Source: Rhodanobacteraceae bacterium
Lineage (GTDB): Bacteria > Pseudomonadota > Gammaproteobacteria > Xanthomonadales > Rhodanobacteraceae
Reading direction: 5' to 3'
NCBI GenBank assembly: GCA_035699085.1
Contig: DASSBG010000004.1
Coordinates: 50,281 to 114,280 of the forward strand
DNA length: 64,000 bases
A model generated the notes under the pieces. That model did not search any database. It was not told the DNA's origin and saw only the letters and a program-made list of their open reading frames with translations. Below, in pieces: positions 1 through 11,401 of the stretch. Position 1 is the stretch's first letter; the number at the start of each line of letters is the position of its first letter. Made by a program: the position numbers and the translations under genes.

Positions 1-1272
1 GACGGGCTTGAGGTAGTCGAACGTGTCGTCGCGCATTGGCACGAACTGCGGCGCGAGCATCGCGATCTCGCCCTTGTCGTCGGCAAAGACGGTGTTGTTG
101 GACGAGTTGGCCTTGAGGTCGGCCACTTTCTGGTAGCTGGCGAGGTCGCTGGCCTTGGTGCGCAGCCAGCTCTGCTTGAGCGCGGGGACCGGCCGGTTCA
201 TGAGCGCCTCCGCGATCCATTTGCCGTGTTCGCTGCGCACGATCGGCCCGTGCTGCGTGAACCAGGCGGTAAAGCTGCGCGTCTTCAACGAACCGTCGTC
301 GGCGCGGTAACGGATGGCGATCTCGCGGCTCTTCACCGGCAGCCACTTGTCGCCGAAGCGGTAGACGAACCTGCCGTCTTGCTTCTTGACCGTTTCGGCA
401 AACTCGTCCACGGCGTCGACGCCGGTCGAGGTGTGCATCCAGCCAATGTGCTCGTTGAAGCCCTGGTAGATGAAGAACTGTCCCCAGGTGGAGGCGCCGT
501 AGGCATTCAGGCCTTCGTCACTGGTCATCTGCGATTCGGTGCGGAAGTTGTAGGTGACGTGCGGGTTGATCAGCAGCAGGGCGTGGCCGTTGGCGGTGAG
601 TCTGGGTGCGATGGCGATGCCGTTGGAGCCGGTGGGATCGACCCAGGTGGGCGGCGTCACCTGCGCCAGCGCGACCGTGGTCGCTGCGTCGGCGCCGTAG
701 AATTTGGCCAGATCCGACAGATCGACGCGCGTGATGTCGCCGCCGATGCTGCCCTCGGTGAAGGACAGGGCCATCCACGGCTCGTAGTGCGTGATGCCCT
801 TCGGCTGAACCTTCGGATGCGTGGCGAGGTAGTAGTTGAGGCCGTCGGCCCAGGCGACCATCAGCTGCTTCAGCCAGCCGGGGCTTTTCGCGTAGTCCTG
901 CTTGAGCACCGCGGGATCGATCCACAACTGTTCCCGCAGGTCGGACCAGATCGCGGACTTGCCATCGGCACGCGCGCGCCAGCCGAGCGCGTCGAGCAGG
1001 TTGCTCTGCACGCGGCTGAAGTCGTCCTCGCACTGCGCGTAGATCATCCCGAACACCGCATCGGCGTCGGTCGTGCCGTGGATGTGCGGGATGCCCCAGT
1101 CGTCGCGGGTGATGGTGACCGCCTGCGCCTGCCGCTGCCAGCGTGCCTGCTCGGCCCTCATCGTCTGTGCCGGGGCGAGCGTGGCGACGCTGACGAGTAG
1201 CGCCAACAGCGCGAAGGCGAGGCGCGTCCGGTGCAGCGGCGCGGCGGACACGGCGTTCAGTATGTTTGTCAT
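1..1272 (-). CDS. penicillin acylase family protein (Ntn hydrolase); C-terminal part lies outside the window
   Basis: Absent from ORF track because it runs off the left edge. Own translation from ATG at complement 1272: MTNILNAVSAAPLHRTRLAFALLALLVSVATLAPAQT (signal peptide)...AVTITRDDWGIPHIHG...TDADAVFGMIYAQCEDDF...PTGSNGIAIAP. Frame stays open to position 1. Confidence 0.75.
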   Translation of the reverse strand, partial: MTNILNAVSAAPLHRTRLAFALLALLVSVATLAPAQTMRAEQARWQRQAQAVTITRDDWGIPHIHGTTDADAVFGMIYAQCEDDFSRVQSNLLDALGWRARADGKSAIWSDLREQLWIDPAVLKQDYAKSPGWLKQLMVAWADGLNYYLATHPKVQPKGITHYEPWMALSFTEGSIGGDITRVDLSDLAKFYGADAATTVALAQVTPPTWVDPTGSNGIAIAPRLTANGHALLLINPHVTYNFRTESQMTSDEGLNAYGASTWGQFFIYQGFNEHIGWMHTSTGVDAVDEFAETVKKQDGRFVYRFGDKWLPVKSREIAIRYRADDGSLKTRSFTAWFTQHGPIVRSEHGKWIAEALMNRPVPALKQSWLRTKASDLASYQKVADLKANSSNNTVFADDKGEIAMLAPQFVPMRDDTFDYLKPV

Positions 1273-1498
1273 GACAGGCGATCCTCGCGTTGCGATGCGC
1301 CCAGGCGCGGCGCGTCATTGCAGGAGTGCCTACTCTATCGGATCGGCGTGCCATGGCCCCGCCCGTGCCCACCGCCGCCTTGCTGGCCCGCGAGAGGAGC
1401 CTGCGTGCAGTCGCCCCTGATCGCGCGCTTGGCGTGGACCGTTGGCGAGGACGCTCGCTCCTGCAACCGCGGCGCCCGATTCGGCACGGTGCTCTCGC

Positions 1499-2356
1499 AT
1501 GGTATGGTTGCGACCCCTTCTGCCGGAATACATGATGCTTGCCTTGCTGATGCTGGCCTTTCCAGCCATGGCCACCGCGCAGCCCGCGACCAGCGCGCCG
1601 CCCCGTCCGGATGCACGCGCGGCACTGCTTGACACCTTGGCGACATTGACACCGCGGGAGCCACTGGCGGCAGCGCTCACCGTCACCAAGACCAGCACCA
1701 GCGGCGACGAGGATGCGCCCAGGACCAGCCATGGGAGTCTCAGCGTGGACATACGCAGCGATGCGCTGGGCCTGCACGTGGATGTCCCGGCAGCGGTCCT
1801 GCGTACGGCGCGCGCGGAATCGCTCGCACAACAGAAGGATGCCGATGCCGCGACACCCGTCATGGGCTTGCTGGCCAGCTTCAGCCTGATGCGCGCCGAA
1901 TCCCTGGCGAACTACGCGCCGGGGCTGCTGACCACACTGGCGGATGCAAAGCTGGTGTCGCAGGGTCCCGCGAAGAGCGGCGGGCAGGCGGCGCAGCTGT
2001 TGGTGTTCGACATCCCGCTCAACCTGAGCGGCGGCGACCGCGAAAACCTTGACGACTACAGTGGGCAGGTCAAGGTCTGGGTCGGCGGAGACGGCGTGCC
2101 GCGGCGCGTCGAAAGCACTTACACCTACAAGTTCAGCAAGTTTTTCATCAGCTTCACCTCAACCACGCAAAGCACGTGCGACGTCATGCGGATCGGCAGC
2201 CGCTTGCTGTGCAGCCGCCGGCATGCGGTGGCGAGCGGCTCCGGTCTGGGCCGGCATGGCAAGAGCGTGACCAACAGCGTATTGCAGCCGGTCGCCGCCG
2301 TTCCGGCGGCCGCCGCAAGCCTTGCCCCCGCGCCGGCCTCAACCGCGCCGATGTAG
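1499..2356 (+). CDS. hypothetical secreted protein
   Basis: ORF 1442..2356 trimmed to MVWLRPLLPEYMMLALLMLAFPAMATA (signal-peptide-like). No family recognised. Confidence 0.5.
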   Translation: MVWLRPLLPEYMMLALLMLAFPAMATAQPATSAPPRPDARAALLDTLATLTPREPLAAALTVTKTSTSGDEDAPRTSHGSLSVDIRSDALGLHVDVPAAVLRTARAESLAQQKDADAATPVMGLLASFSLMRAESLANYAPGLLTTLADAKLVSQGPAKSGGQAAQLLVFDIPLNLSGGDRENLDDYSGQVKVWVGGDGVPRRVESTYTYKFSKFFISFTSTTQSTCDVMRIGSRLLCSRRHAVASGSGLGRHGKSVTNSVLQPVAAVPAAAASLAPAPASTAPM

Positions 2357-2447
2357 CACCGCGAAAAAAAACAGGCACTGACGCGGCTGGTACCTGGCAG
2401 CTCGCCGGCAATCAACAGGGGACGCAGGCACCCGCCGTGCCGATTCG

Positions 2448-3527
2448 CTATTCCTTGTTCCCCATTCCCAGCTCATCGGCCTGCTGCTCGCGGGTGAGGG
2501 TGTCGACGAGTTCGTCGAGCTCGCCTGCCATGATTTCGGGCAGGCGGTGCAGGGTGAGGTTGATGCGGTGGTCGGTGACGCGGCCCTGCGGAAAATTGTA
2601 GGTGCGGATGCGCTGGCTGCGGTCGCCGCTGCCGACCTGCAGGCGGCGCGATTCGGCCTGCGCGGCGGTTTGCTGCGCCTGCGCCTGGTCGAGCAGCCGG
2701 GCCTTCAACAGGCTCATGGCGCGGGCGCGGTTCTTGTGCTGGCTGCGCTCGTCCTGGCACTCCACCACCATGCCGCTCGGCAGGTGGGTGATGCGGATGG
2801 CGGAGTCGGTCTTGTTGACGTGCTGGCCGCCGGCGCCGGAGGCGCGGTAGGTGTCGATGCGCAGGTCGGCCGGGTTGATCTGGATGTCATCGATATCGTC
2901 CTGCTCGGGCAGGATCGCCACGGTCGCGGCACTGGTGTGGATGCGGCCCTGGGACTCGGTCGCCGGCACGCGCTGCACGCGATGGGTGCCGGACTCGAAC
3001 TTCAGCCGGCCGAACACGCCCCGGCCCTCGATGCGCGCCACCACCTCCTTGTAGCCGCCGTGCTCGCCCTCGCTGGCCGACAAAATCTCGGTGCTCCAGC
3101 GGCGCGCCTCGGCGTAGCGCAGGTACATGCGCAGCAGGTCGCCGGCGAACAACGCGGCTTCGTCGCCGCCGGTGCCGGCGCGCACCTCCAGAAAGACGTT
3201 GCCGGCATCGCGCGGGTCGCTGGGCAGCAGCAGCACGCGCAGCTCATCGTCCAGATCAGCCAGCCGTGCCTGCAGCCGCTCGACGTCGTCGCGCGCCAGC
3301 GCGCCAAGTTCCGGATCGCCGATCATGGCCCTGGCGTCTGCCAGTTCGCGCGCCGCGGCGCGTTGCGCGGCCAGCGCGTCGGCCAGTGGCTGCAGCTGCG
3401 AGTATTCGCGCGACAGCTCGCGCAGCCGCGCAGCGTCGGCCATGGTTTCCGGCTGGGCCAGCAGCAGGCCAAGCTCCTCGTGGCGCTCCGCCAGCTGCTC
3501 CAGCTTGCGCTGCAGCGAGGGTGTCAT
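2448..3527 (-). CDS. prfA: peptide chain release factor 1
   Basis: 359-aa ORF with the RF1-specific PAT tripeptide ([14 protein letters not shown]) and GGQ motif ([23 protein letters not shown]). Its start overlaps the hemA stop by 4 nt. Confidence 0.97.
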   Translation of the reverse strand: MTPSLQRKLEQLAERHEELGLLLAQPETMADAARLRELSREYSQLQPLADALAAQRAAARELADARAMIGDPELGALARDDVERLQARLADLDDELRVLLLPSDPRDAGNVFLEVRAGTGGDEAALFAGDLLRMYLRYAEARRWSTEILSASEGEHGGYKEVVARIEGRGVFGRLKFESGTHRVQRVPATESQGRIHTSAATVAILPEQDDIDDIQINPADLRIDTYRASGAGGQHVNKTDSAIRITHLPSGMVVECQDERSQHKNRARAMSLLKARLLDQAQAQQTAAQAESRRLQVGSGDRSQRIRTYNFPQGRVTDHRINLTLHRLPEIMAGELDELVDTLTREQQADELGMGNKE

Positions 3528-4843
3528 TCGCGCACCGCGTCGTCGGCGCCAGGCGTCGGGTCATCGCGCGGATCCTCTGCGCTGGCGGCCAGGCTGTCGA
3601 GGCCGTACAGGCGGCTGGCGCTGTGCAGCAGGTCGAGGTCGCCCTTCAGCGCCGCCTCGCGCAGGTTCGCACTGGGCGCGTGCAGCAGCTTGTTCGTGAG
3701 ATTGTCGGCCAGCCACGCCATGACCTCTTCAGCCGGCTTGCCCCTGGCCAGCTGGGCGCGGGCGCGCTCGAGTACCGCGTCGCGCTGGGCCGTCGCCCGG
3801 TCACGCAGCTCCAGCAGCGGGTTGTGCAGCGTCAGCGCGCCACGCCACGCCATGTAACGATCGACCTGCAGGTCGATGATGGCCTCGGCTTCCTGCGCGG
3901 CGTTCCGGCGCGAGCGGCGGTGGTCGTCGATCACCTGCCGCAGGTCGTCGATGCCGTAGAGGAAGGCGTCGCGCAATTCGCCGGCGCCGGCCTCGATGTC
4001 GCGCGGCACGCCGAGGTCGACCAGGAACATCGGCCGGTGGCGGCGCGCCTGCAGCGCCTGCTCCAGCATGGCGCGCGTCACCAGGGGCTGGCGGCTGGCG
4101 GTGGAGGCGATCACGATGTCGGCCTCGGCCAAGTGCGTCGGCAGGTCCTCCAGGGCGATGGCGTAGCCGCCGAACTGGGTGGCCAGCGCGTGCGCGTTTT
4201 CCAGCGTGCGATTGGCGACGATCAGCCGCCGGGCGCGACGTTCGGCCAGGTGGCGCGCGGCCAATTCGATGGTGTCACCGGCGCCGATCAGCAGCACGCA
4301 GGCCTGGCTGAGGTCGGCGAACACCTGCTCGGCCAGCCGCACCGCGGTGAAGGCGACGGACACCGGCTGGCTGCCGATGCGGGTCTCGGTGCGCACCTGC
4401 TTGGCCACGGCAAAGGTGTGCTGCAGCAGGCGGTCCATCGGCGTGCCGAGGCTGCGGGCGTCGCGGGCCATGCGCCAGGCGTCCTTGACCTGGCCGAGGA
4501 TCTGCGGCTCGCCCAGCACCAGCGAGTCAAGGCCGGTGGCGACGCGGAACAGGTGCCGCACCGCGTCGTCCTCGTCGTAGCGATACAGGCATTGTTCCAG
4601 CTTGTGCGGGGACAATTGGTGATGCGCGTGCAGCCAGTCCACCGGCCGCTCCTCGGCGCCATCGGCCACGGAAACCAGCAGTTCCGTGCGGTTGCAGGTG
4701 GACAGGATGAAGGCTTCGTCGACGCCTTCCACCGACTTCAGGTCGCCCAGCGCCGCCGGCGTCGCCTCGGGGGCAAACGCCACCTGTTCGCGCAGGCCGA
4801 CCGGCGCGGTGAGGTGGTTGACTCCGAGGGATATCAGCGGCAT
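3524..4843 (-). CDS. hemA: glutamyl-tRNA reductase
   Basis: ORF 3524..5329 trimmed to [23 protein letters not shown], a typical HemA N-terminus. An alternative ATG lies at 4879. The upstream part of the ORF is R/P-rich and overlaps the divergent TPR gene. Confidence 0.92.
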   Translation of the reverse strand: MPLISLGVNHLTAPVGLREQVAFAPEATPAALGDLKSVEGVDEAFILSTCNRTELLVSVADGAEERPVDWLHAHHQLSPHKLEQCLYRYDEDDAVRHLFRVATGLDSLVLGEPQILGQVKDAWRMARDARSLGTPMDRLLQHTFAVAKQVRTETRIGSQPVSVAFTAVRLAEQVFADLSQACVLLIGAGDTIELAARHLAERRARRLIVANRTLENAHALATQFGGYAIALEDLPTHLAEADIVIASTASRQPLVTRAMLEQALQARRHRPMFLVDLGVPRDIEAGAGELRDAFLYGIDDLRQVIDDHRRSRRNAAQEAEAIIDLQVDRYMAWRGALTLHNPLLELRDRATAQRDAVLERARAQLARGKPAEEVMAWLADNLTNKLLHAPSANLREAALKGDLDLLHSASRLYGLDSLAASAEDPRDDPTPGADDAVRE

Positions 4844-4962
4844 GCGCGGCGTTGGGCACAAATCGGCTAAGCTGTCCATTGTACTGCGTCGCCCGCCGTG
4901 ACCCCACTTTTTGCGGCCGGTAGGTGCGGCGCGCGAGCCCACGAATCGCCCGGTCCTTGCCC

Positions 4963-6702
4963 ATGCAGAAGCCCTCCACGACGACGGATTTGGCGCGAAA
5001 GGGTGGCCCGCTCGCTGCCGCGCTGGCAGCGCTCGCGCTGCTCGCCGGCTGTGCCCAGGCGCCACTGAAGAACAGCGCCGGACCCGCCGCCGCGGCCACT
5101 GCCACGGTGCCAATGGCAACAGCGGGCGACACGGCCACGGCTCAGGTGATGGCGGCGGAGCTTGCACTGCGGCAGGGCGATGCCGCAGCTGCGGCCCGGG
5201 ACTACGCGCATGCGGCGGCGACGTCCACGGACTGGACTGTTGCCCATCGCGCAGCCTTGCTGGCCATCGGCCAGGACGACATTGCCGGCGCCGAACGGGC
5301 CCTGGCGCGGATGCGGGCGCTGTCGGCACCGGCCATCGACGTGGCTGGTGTGCAGGCCCGACTGGCGCTGGAGCAGGGCCACAGTGACGCCGCGCGCCGC
5401 GCCCTGCAGCGGGTGCTGTCAGGTGGTGGCCGCGATGCCTGGAGCGCGTTTGCGCAGGTACTGGCGGACGCGCGCGACGCTGCCGCCGCCGGCCAGTTGC
5501 TGCAGGCGCTGGCGACGCCGCAAAGCCTGCCGGCGGACGACCCGAACACGTGGTTGGCGGTCAGCCAGTTGGGCGAAAAACTGGGCCGCCACGCCTATGC
5601 GCGCACCATCGCCAATGCCGCCGCCGAGCGCTTCGCCAGCGGCAAGGCATGCGCCTGGGCTGCACACTTGGCGTTGGCCGTCGGCGACACGGCCGGTGCC
5701 ATGGCCTGGTTCGAGAAGGGTTTGCAATCCGTGCCGAACGACATCGGCTTTCGCCTGGCCTACGCCGGCGCTCTCGCGCGCCTGGGCCACTACGGCCACG
5801 CCGCCCGCATGCTGGCCGACGGCCCGCAGACCGTCGACACCTACCGTGCCCGCGCCGCCTTCGCCGCGCGCGCCGATGACGACGCCGCCTTGGCCCGCAT
5901 CCGCGATGAACTTGCCGACGCGCCGCCTGCGTTGCGCAGGCAGGCGACCTTCCTGCGTGCGCAGCTGGCCGACAGCCTGGGCAAACCGGAGGAGGCGCTG
6001 AAGCTTTACGCCGAGGTTCCGCTTGACGACAAGGATGGCTTCGACGCCGGCCTTCGCCGTGCCGTGCTGCTCGACAAGAGCGGCAGGAGCGAGCAGGCCC
6101 ACGGCTTGGTGCGGCAACTGCAGGCCGCCAGCACCGACGACGACGACCATTACCGCAGCGCGGTGCAACTCGAGGCGGCGATGTACCGCCGCAACGGCAA
6201 GCCGGCCAAGGTCATCGCCACCTTCGACCGCGGGCTGGAGCACCTGCCAGGTGACACCGACCTGCTGTATGGCCGCGCGCTGGGCGAAGCCGACAACGGC
6301 CGGGCCGAGGAGGCCATTGCCGACTTGCGCAAGGTGCTGCAGCTCGACCCGGACAACATGCCGGCCACCAACGCCCTGGGCTACACGCTGGCTGACCGCA
6401 ACAAGAACCTCGACGAGGCCAGGACGCTGCTGGAGCGCGCCTTGGCCGCGCAGCCCGACGAGCCGGCGGTGATCGATTCCTGGGGCTGGCTGCAATTCCG
6501 GTTGGGCCACCTGGAAAAGGCCGAGAAGGCGCTGCGCCGGGCCTGGGACAAATTGAAGGATCCGGATATCGGCACCCACCTTGGCGAGGTGCTGTGGGCG
6601 CAGGGTCAGCGCGCCGAGGCCAAGCAGGTGTTTGCCGCCGTGCGCAAGATCGCGCCGGAGTCGGCGACGCTGAAGGCTGCGCTTGAGCGCCTGCAACGGT
6701 GA
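4963..6702 (+). CDS. tetratricopeptide-repeat lipoprotein
   Basis: ORF 4924..6702 with likely start MQKPSTT and lipobox LALLAGC. Repeated A/L-rich TPR-like helices. Sits directly upstream of lolB. Confidence 0.8.
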   Translation: MQKPSTTTDLARKGGPLAAALAALALLAGCAQAPLKNSAGPAAAATATVPMATAGDTATAQVMAAELALRQGDAAAAARDYAHAAATSTDWTVAHRAALLAIGQDDIAGAERALARMRALSAPAIDVAGVQARLALEQGHSDAARRALQRVLSGGGRDAWSAFAQVLADARDAAAAGQLLQALATPQSLPADDPNTWLAVSQLGEKLGRHAYARTIANAAAERFASGKACAWAAHLALAVGDTAGAMAWFEKGLQSVPNDIGFRLAYAGALARLGHYGHAARMLADGPQTVDTYRARAAFAARADDDAALARIRDELADAPPALRRQATFLRAQLADSLGKPEEALKLYAEVPLDDKDGFDAGLRRAVLLDKSGRSEQAHGLVRQLQAASTDDDDHYRSAVQLEAAMYRRNGKPAKVIATFDRGLEHLPGDTDLLYGRALGEADNGRAEEAIADLRKVLQLDPDNMPATNALGYTLADRNKNLDEARTLLERALAAQPDEPAVIDSWGWLQFRLGHLEKAEKALRRAWDKLKDPDIGTHLGEVLWAQGQRAEAKQVFAAVRKIAPESATLKAALERLQR

Positions 6703-7319
6703 CGATGCAGCGGCTGGCGGTGCGCCTTGCTGCGGCTGCGTTGCTGTTGCTGGCGGCCGCCTGTGCACCAGTGCACGTGCGCCCGACGCAGGCGCTGCTG
6801 GCGGCGCAGGCGGCGCGCGAAGATGCCTTTCCCGGGCATGGGCGATGGACCATCGAGGGCCGGCTTGGCGTCTCCGATGGCCACGACGGCGGCAGTGGCA
6901 CGCTGACCTGGCTGCAGGATGGTGCCAGCTACGATTTCATCGTCCGCGCACCGGTGACCGGGCGCAGCTTCCGCCTGCACGGCGACGCCGGCGCAGCCGT
7001 GCTGGAAGGCCTGGACCAGGGACCTCTGCGTGGCAGCGATCCGCGCACGCTGCTGGCCCGGGCGCTGGGCTGGCGCGTGCCGCTCGACCAGCTTCGCTTT
7101 TGGGTGCGCGGCTTGCGGGCACCCGGCAGCGAGGCCGAGCTGGAATTCGGCGCAAACGGCCTGCCGGCCACGCTGCTGCAGGATGGCTGGAACATCGAGT
7201 ACAAGGACTGGTACGGCACCCAGCCGCCGCTGCCGCGCAAGGTCTTCGCCAGCAGCGGCCCCTTCCGCGTCCGCCTCGCCATCCGCACCTGGAAGCTTGG
7301 TGTCGCGGCGATGCCTTGA
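6699..7319 (+). CDS. lolB: outer-membrane lipoprotein LolB
   Basis: 206 aa with lipobox LLLLAAAC. GTGA overlap with the upstream TPR gene. Conserved position divergent from hemA-prfA. Assignment rests mainly on size, lipobox and synteny. Confidence 0.75.
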   Translation: MTMQRLAVRLAAAALLLLAAACAPVHVRPTQALLAAQAAREDAFPGHGRWTIEGRLGVSDGHDGGSGTLTWLQDGASYDFIVRAPVTGRSFRLHGDAGAAVLEGLDQGPLRGSDPRTLLARALGWRVPLDQLRFWVRGLRAPGSEAELEFGANGLPATLLQDGWNIEYKDWYGTQPPLPRKVFASSGPFRVRLAIRTWKLGVAAMP

Positions 7320-7324
7320 CAGCC

Positions 7325-7530
7325 GGGAATGTCAAAGCGGGGAATGGGGAATGGGGAAAGCGCGGATTCGACATCGCGCACTTGCACGACGGCCGGCCCC
7401 GCGAAGCCGAGCGTCGCTGAGGGAAGCGAACATGCTCGCGCGCGCGGCGACAACAACGACCCAGCGCTGCTGCTCTACCGATTCCCGATTCTCGATTCCC
7501 CATTCCCGGCTCTGATTCATTCCCACTCCC
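7325..7530. repeat. composite heptamer-array element (G-rich arm / 119-bp core / inverted C-rich arm)
   Basis: GGGAATG..GGGGAAT GGGGAAT GGGGAAA at 7325-7359. CCGATTC CCGATTC TCGATTC CCCATTC CC...CATTCCC at 7479-7530, the reverse-complement type. Lies between the convergent lolB and porin stops. Confidence 0.9.
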
Positions 7531-7533
7531 GGC

Positions 7534-8724
7534 CTAAAACGCGAACTGGGCGCGCACCTCGACGATGCGCGGGTCGACCGGCAGCTTGCCGCTGTCGCGG
7601 CTCGTCCGCACATAGTTGGCCTGGAGCTTGAACAGCTGGCTGACGTACCAGTTGAGGCCGAGCGTCCAGTCGTGCGCCGAGCCGCCGCGCACCACGCCAT
7701 CATCGAGGTCGATGGTGGAGTAGCGCAGTGCCAGTTCCAGCGCGCCGCCACCGTCGAGGTCGGGGTCGCCAAAGCCGGTGTGGGCGTAGCTGTGCGACTG
7801 GCCGGTGAGCATCCAGCCACCCTGCAGGTAGTAGCCGCTGCCGTCGAAGGTCGGCCCGGCGCGGCGTGCCGCGTGCGCCGCGAGATATTCCCCTTGGATC
7901 AGGAGCGGACCCTGCAGCCAGCCTGCCTCGAAACCGCCGCGGTCGATGTGATCGATACCGCTGAGCTTGCCGGTGTCGACCAGCCGCACCGGCGTCAGGT
8001 GTGTCTCCGGCCGGGCGCGGAAGCGGGCGGTGTGGCTGTCGCGCTGTTCCCGCGACAGCGCCAGCCCGAGGTGCAGGACCTGGCCTGGCGCGCTCATTGG
8101 CGCGTAGACCACGCGCCCGGCGGTGGTGGTGCCGTCGCCGTCGTGGTTGAGGTCGTGGGCCGCAAACCAGAGCGCCTGCACGGTCCAGTGCGGCGTCTTG
8201 TTCCAGGTCCAGCCGACGCCGGCGCGGCGGCCCTCGAAAATCATCTCGACCGGCAGCGCGCTTTCCATGAACATGGTCTGCGCGCCCGATTCGGTGCCTT
8301 TCTCCCAGCCAACCGGGGTGCGGAACTCGCCAAGCTTCCACTGTCCGCCGGCGGTACTGAAGCTGACGTCGTTGTCGGTCCAGGCGTCGGCGTGGAAATC
8401 GTAGCCGACGCGGACGGTGTAGCGGCCTTTCTGCACCAGCCGCAGGTCAAACTGCTGCCGCCGCCAGGTGTTGGCGTCGGTGAACAGCTCGCCGCCGCCA
8501 ACCAGGCGGTCGTGGTCAAAGCGCGCCCAGTCGTACTGGATGTCGCCCGTGAATTGCAGCTCCGCGCCGTTGTCGAGGGAGATGTTGAAGGTGTCGCCGG
8601 GCTTGGCCAGCGCCGTCGCTGCGACAGGCAGCGCCAGCAGCGCCGCGAATGCGACGCTGCCGGCGTGTCGACGAACCGAACTGCTTTTGCGCTCAGGCCG
8701 CAGACGCGTGGTGGGTGATGCCAA
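7534..8724 (-). CDS. phosphate-selective porin O/P family protein
   Basis: ORF 7534..8817 with beta-barrel C-terminus ...EVRAQFAF and LRYSTIDLDD...TLGLNWYVSQLFKLQANY, an OprO/P-like signature. Signal peptide ...VAFAALLALPVAATALA. The start is uncertain: there is no ATG/GTG near the signal peptide and the TTG at 8724 overlaps the hemerythrin gene end. Confidence 0.75.
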   Translation of the reverse strand: MASPTTRLRPERKSSSVRRHAGSVAFAALLALPVAATALAKPGDTFNISLDNGAELQFTGDIQYDWARFDHDRLVGGGELFTDANTWRRQQFDLRLVQKGRYTVRVGYDFHADAWTDNDVSFSTAGGQWKLGEFRTPVGWEKGTESGAQTMFMESALPVEMIFEGRRAGVGWTWNKTPHWTVQALWFAAHDLNHDGDGTTTAGRVVYAPMSAPGQVLHLGLALSREQRDSHTARFRARPETHLTPVRLVDTGKLSGIDHIDRGGFEAGWLQGPLLIQGEYLAAHAARRAGPTFDGSGYYLQGGWMLTGQSHSYAHTGFGDPDLDGGGALELALRYSTIDLDDGVVRGGSAHDWTLGLNWYVSQLFKLQANYVRTSRDSGKLPVDPRIVEVRAQFAF

Positions 8725-9160
8725 GGTCCGATTTGGCCTTGGTCCTGGCAGTTTGCAGCTCCTTGCCAAGCGCCTCCAGGTCCAAGTCGGCCTTCGCGAC
8801 TTTCGGCATGATCTCATTCTCTTCTTCCTTGACGTGGTGCTGCACGTATTCCTTGAGTACCGTCAGCCGCGCGGTAAAGAGCTTCGCGCTCATGTCGTCC
8901 TCGATGTTGGCAATCAGGTTGGCCAGGCTGGCGTGCTCGACCAGCGCCTCGTCCACGAGGCTGCGCTCCTTGCTGCCCAGCGCCTTGTCGGCGGCGGGGT
9001 AGAAAACCTCTTCCTCGATCGCACTGTGGACCTTTAGTTCGTCGCAAATCTGCTGCGCAATCTGCTTTTGTTTGTTGGGTTCGGCCTTCTCGCACTTCTT
9101 GAACAGCTCGTCGACCTTGTCATGGTCGTCCTTCAGCATCTGGATTGCGTTCTTGCTCAT
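8693..9160 (-). CDS. hemerythrin (HHE cation-binding) domain protein
   Basis: ORF 8693..9214 trimmed to MSKNAIQMLKDDHDKVDELF..., with H/E-rich helices (HSAIEEEVFYP, HHVKEEENEIMP). Confidence 0.8.
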   Translation of the reverse strand: MSKNAIQMLKDDHDKVDELFKKCEKAEPNKQKQIAQQICDELKVHSAIEEEVFYPAADKALGSKERSLVDEALVEHASLANLIANIEDDMSAKLFTARLTVLKEYVQHHVKEEENEIMPKVAKADLDLEALGKELQTARTKAKSDLGITHHASAA

Positions 9161-9368
9161 GGGGCATGCCTCAGCGGGTTCTTCAGGTTTTTTGGGGAAT
9201 GACGCAACGCCCACGCAATGCTACGGGCGGGCCATGAACGCCGGCGAAGCGGCGCACGAGGGCGCCGTCGGATGCCGCCTGCGACAGCCCGCCGCCGCTG
9301 CGGCCGCCAGAGGGCGTTCATGCCGGCACGCCTAAGCTCGCCGCGAATTGGCCGCATGGAGCGCCGCA

Positions 9369-9947
9369 ATGGTGCAAGCCGCGATTCCCGAGGAGGCTTC
9401 GAAACCATTGGCCAACAGCGCGCTGCTGATCATCGACATGATCAACCAGTTCGATTTTCCCGGCGGCGACGCCCTGCGCCGCCAATGCGACGACGTCGCC
9501 ACGGCCATCGAGACCCTGCGCCAGCGCTTTGACGAGGCGCACCGGCCGGTCATCTACGTCAACGACAATTTCGGCCGCTGGCGATCAAACTTCGAAAAGC
9601 TGATCGAGCGCTGCGAGCGTGCGGGCAGCGACGGCGGCGCGCTGGCCCGGCGCATGGCGCCGCGGCCGACCGATTACTTTGTCCTGAAGCCGCAGAACTC
9701 GGCTTTCTACCACACGCCGCTGGTGCTGCTGCTGGCCTCGCTGAAGGCGCGCGAGCTGACCTTGGCCGGCATCGCCGGCGACCAGTGCGTGATGCAGACG
9801 GCGATGGACGCGCACCTGCGCGACTACGGCCTGCAGGTGCCGGCGGATGCCACGGCCTCGATCACGCCGGCACGGAATCGGCGCGCGCTCGACTACCTCC
9901 ACGAGGTCGTGGGCGTGGACACCACACCGGTTGCGAGTGGGGGGTAG
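9369..9947 (+). CDS. isochorismatase-family cysteine hydrolase
   Basis: ORF 9348..9947 containing ALLIIDMINQFDF...VIYVNDNF...LAGIAGDQCVMQTAMDA, typical isochorismatase-fold motifs including the catalytic Cys context. Confidence 0.8.
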   Translation: MVQAAIPEEASKPLANSALLIIDMINQFDFPGGDALRRQCDDVATAIETLRQRFDEAHRPVIYVNDNFGRWRSNFEKLIERCERAGSDGGALARRMAPRPTDYFVLKPQNSAFYHTPLVLLLASLKARELTLAGIAGDQCVMQTAMDAHLRDYGLQVPADATASITPARNRRALDYLHEVVGVDTTPVASGG

Positions 9948-10158
9948 GCGTGGCAGGTTTGATCGCGGCGTCGAGACGGCGGCGTCGGCACGCCGGCATG
10001 CAGCGACCAGCGACGGCAGAGCGGTAGCGGCAAAGCCGCGTGCCGGCATGGTCGCCGGTGCCGGGCAAGTGCGGCCCGTGCAGATCATTGCGTGGCGGGG
10101 TGTCGTGCAGGGACGCGATGCCGCACCCGCGCTGCCCGCATTCCCGATTCCCTGCTGC

Positions 10159-11133
<975 letters not shown>

Positions 11134-11143
11134 CCGCGCCTGC

Positions 11144-11401
<258 letters not shown>

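Noticed and set aside
3524-5329. 601-aa extended hemA ORF, and the similar long-start versions of ftsY-overlapping ORF 25587..26969, 35013..35801, 44351..46081, 46412..47125 and 50769..53231
   Set aside because: The track takes the most upstream ATG/GTG/TTG. The extensions are R/P/G-rich, overlap neighbouring genes or repeats, and conserved N-termini or signal peptides begin at internal Met codons.
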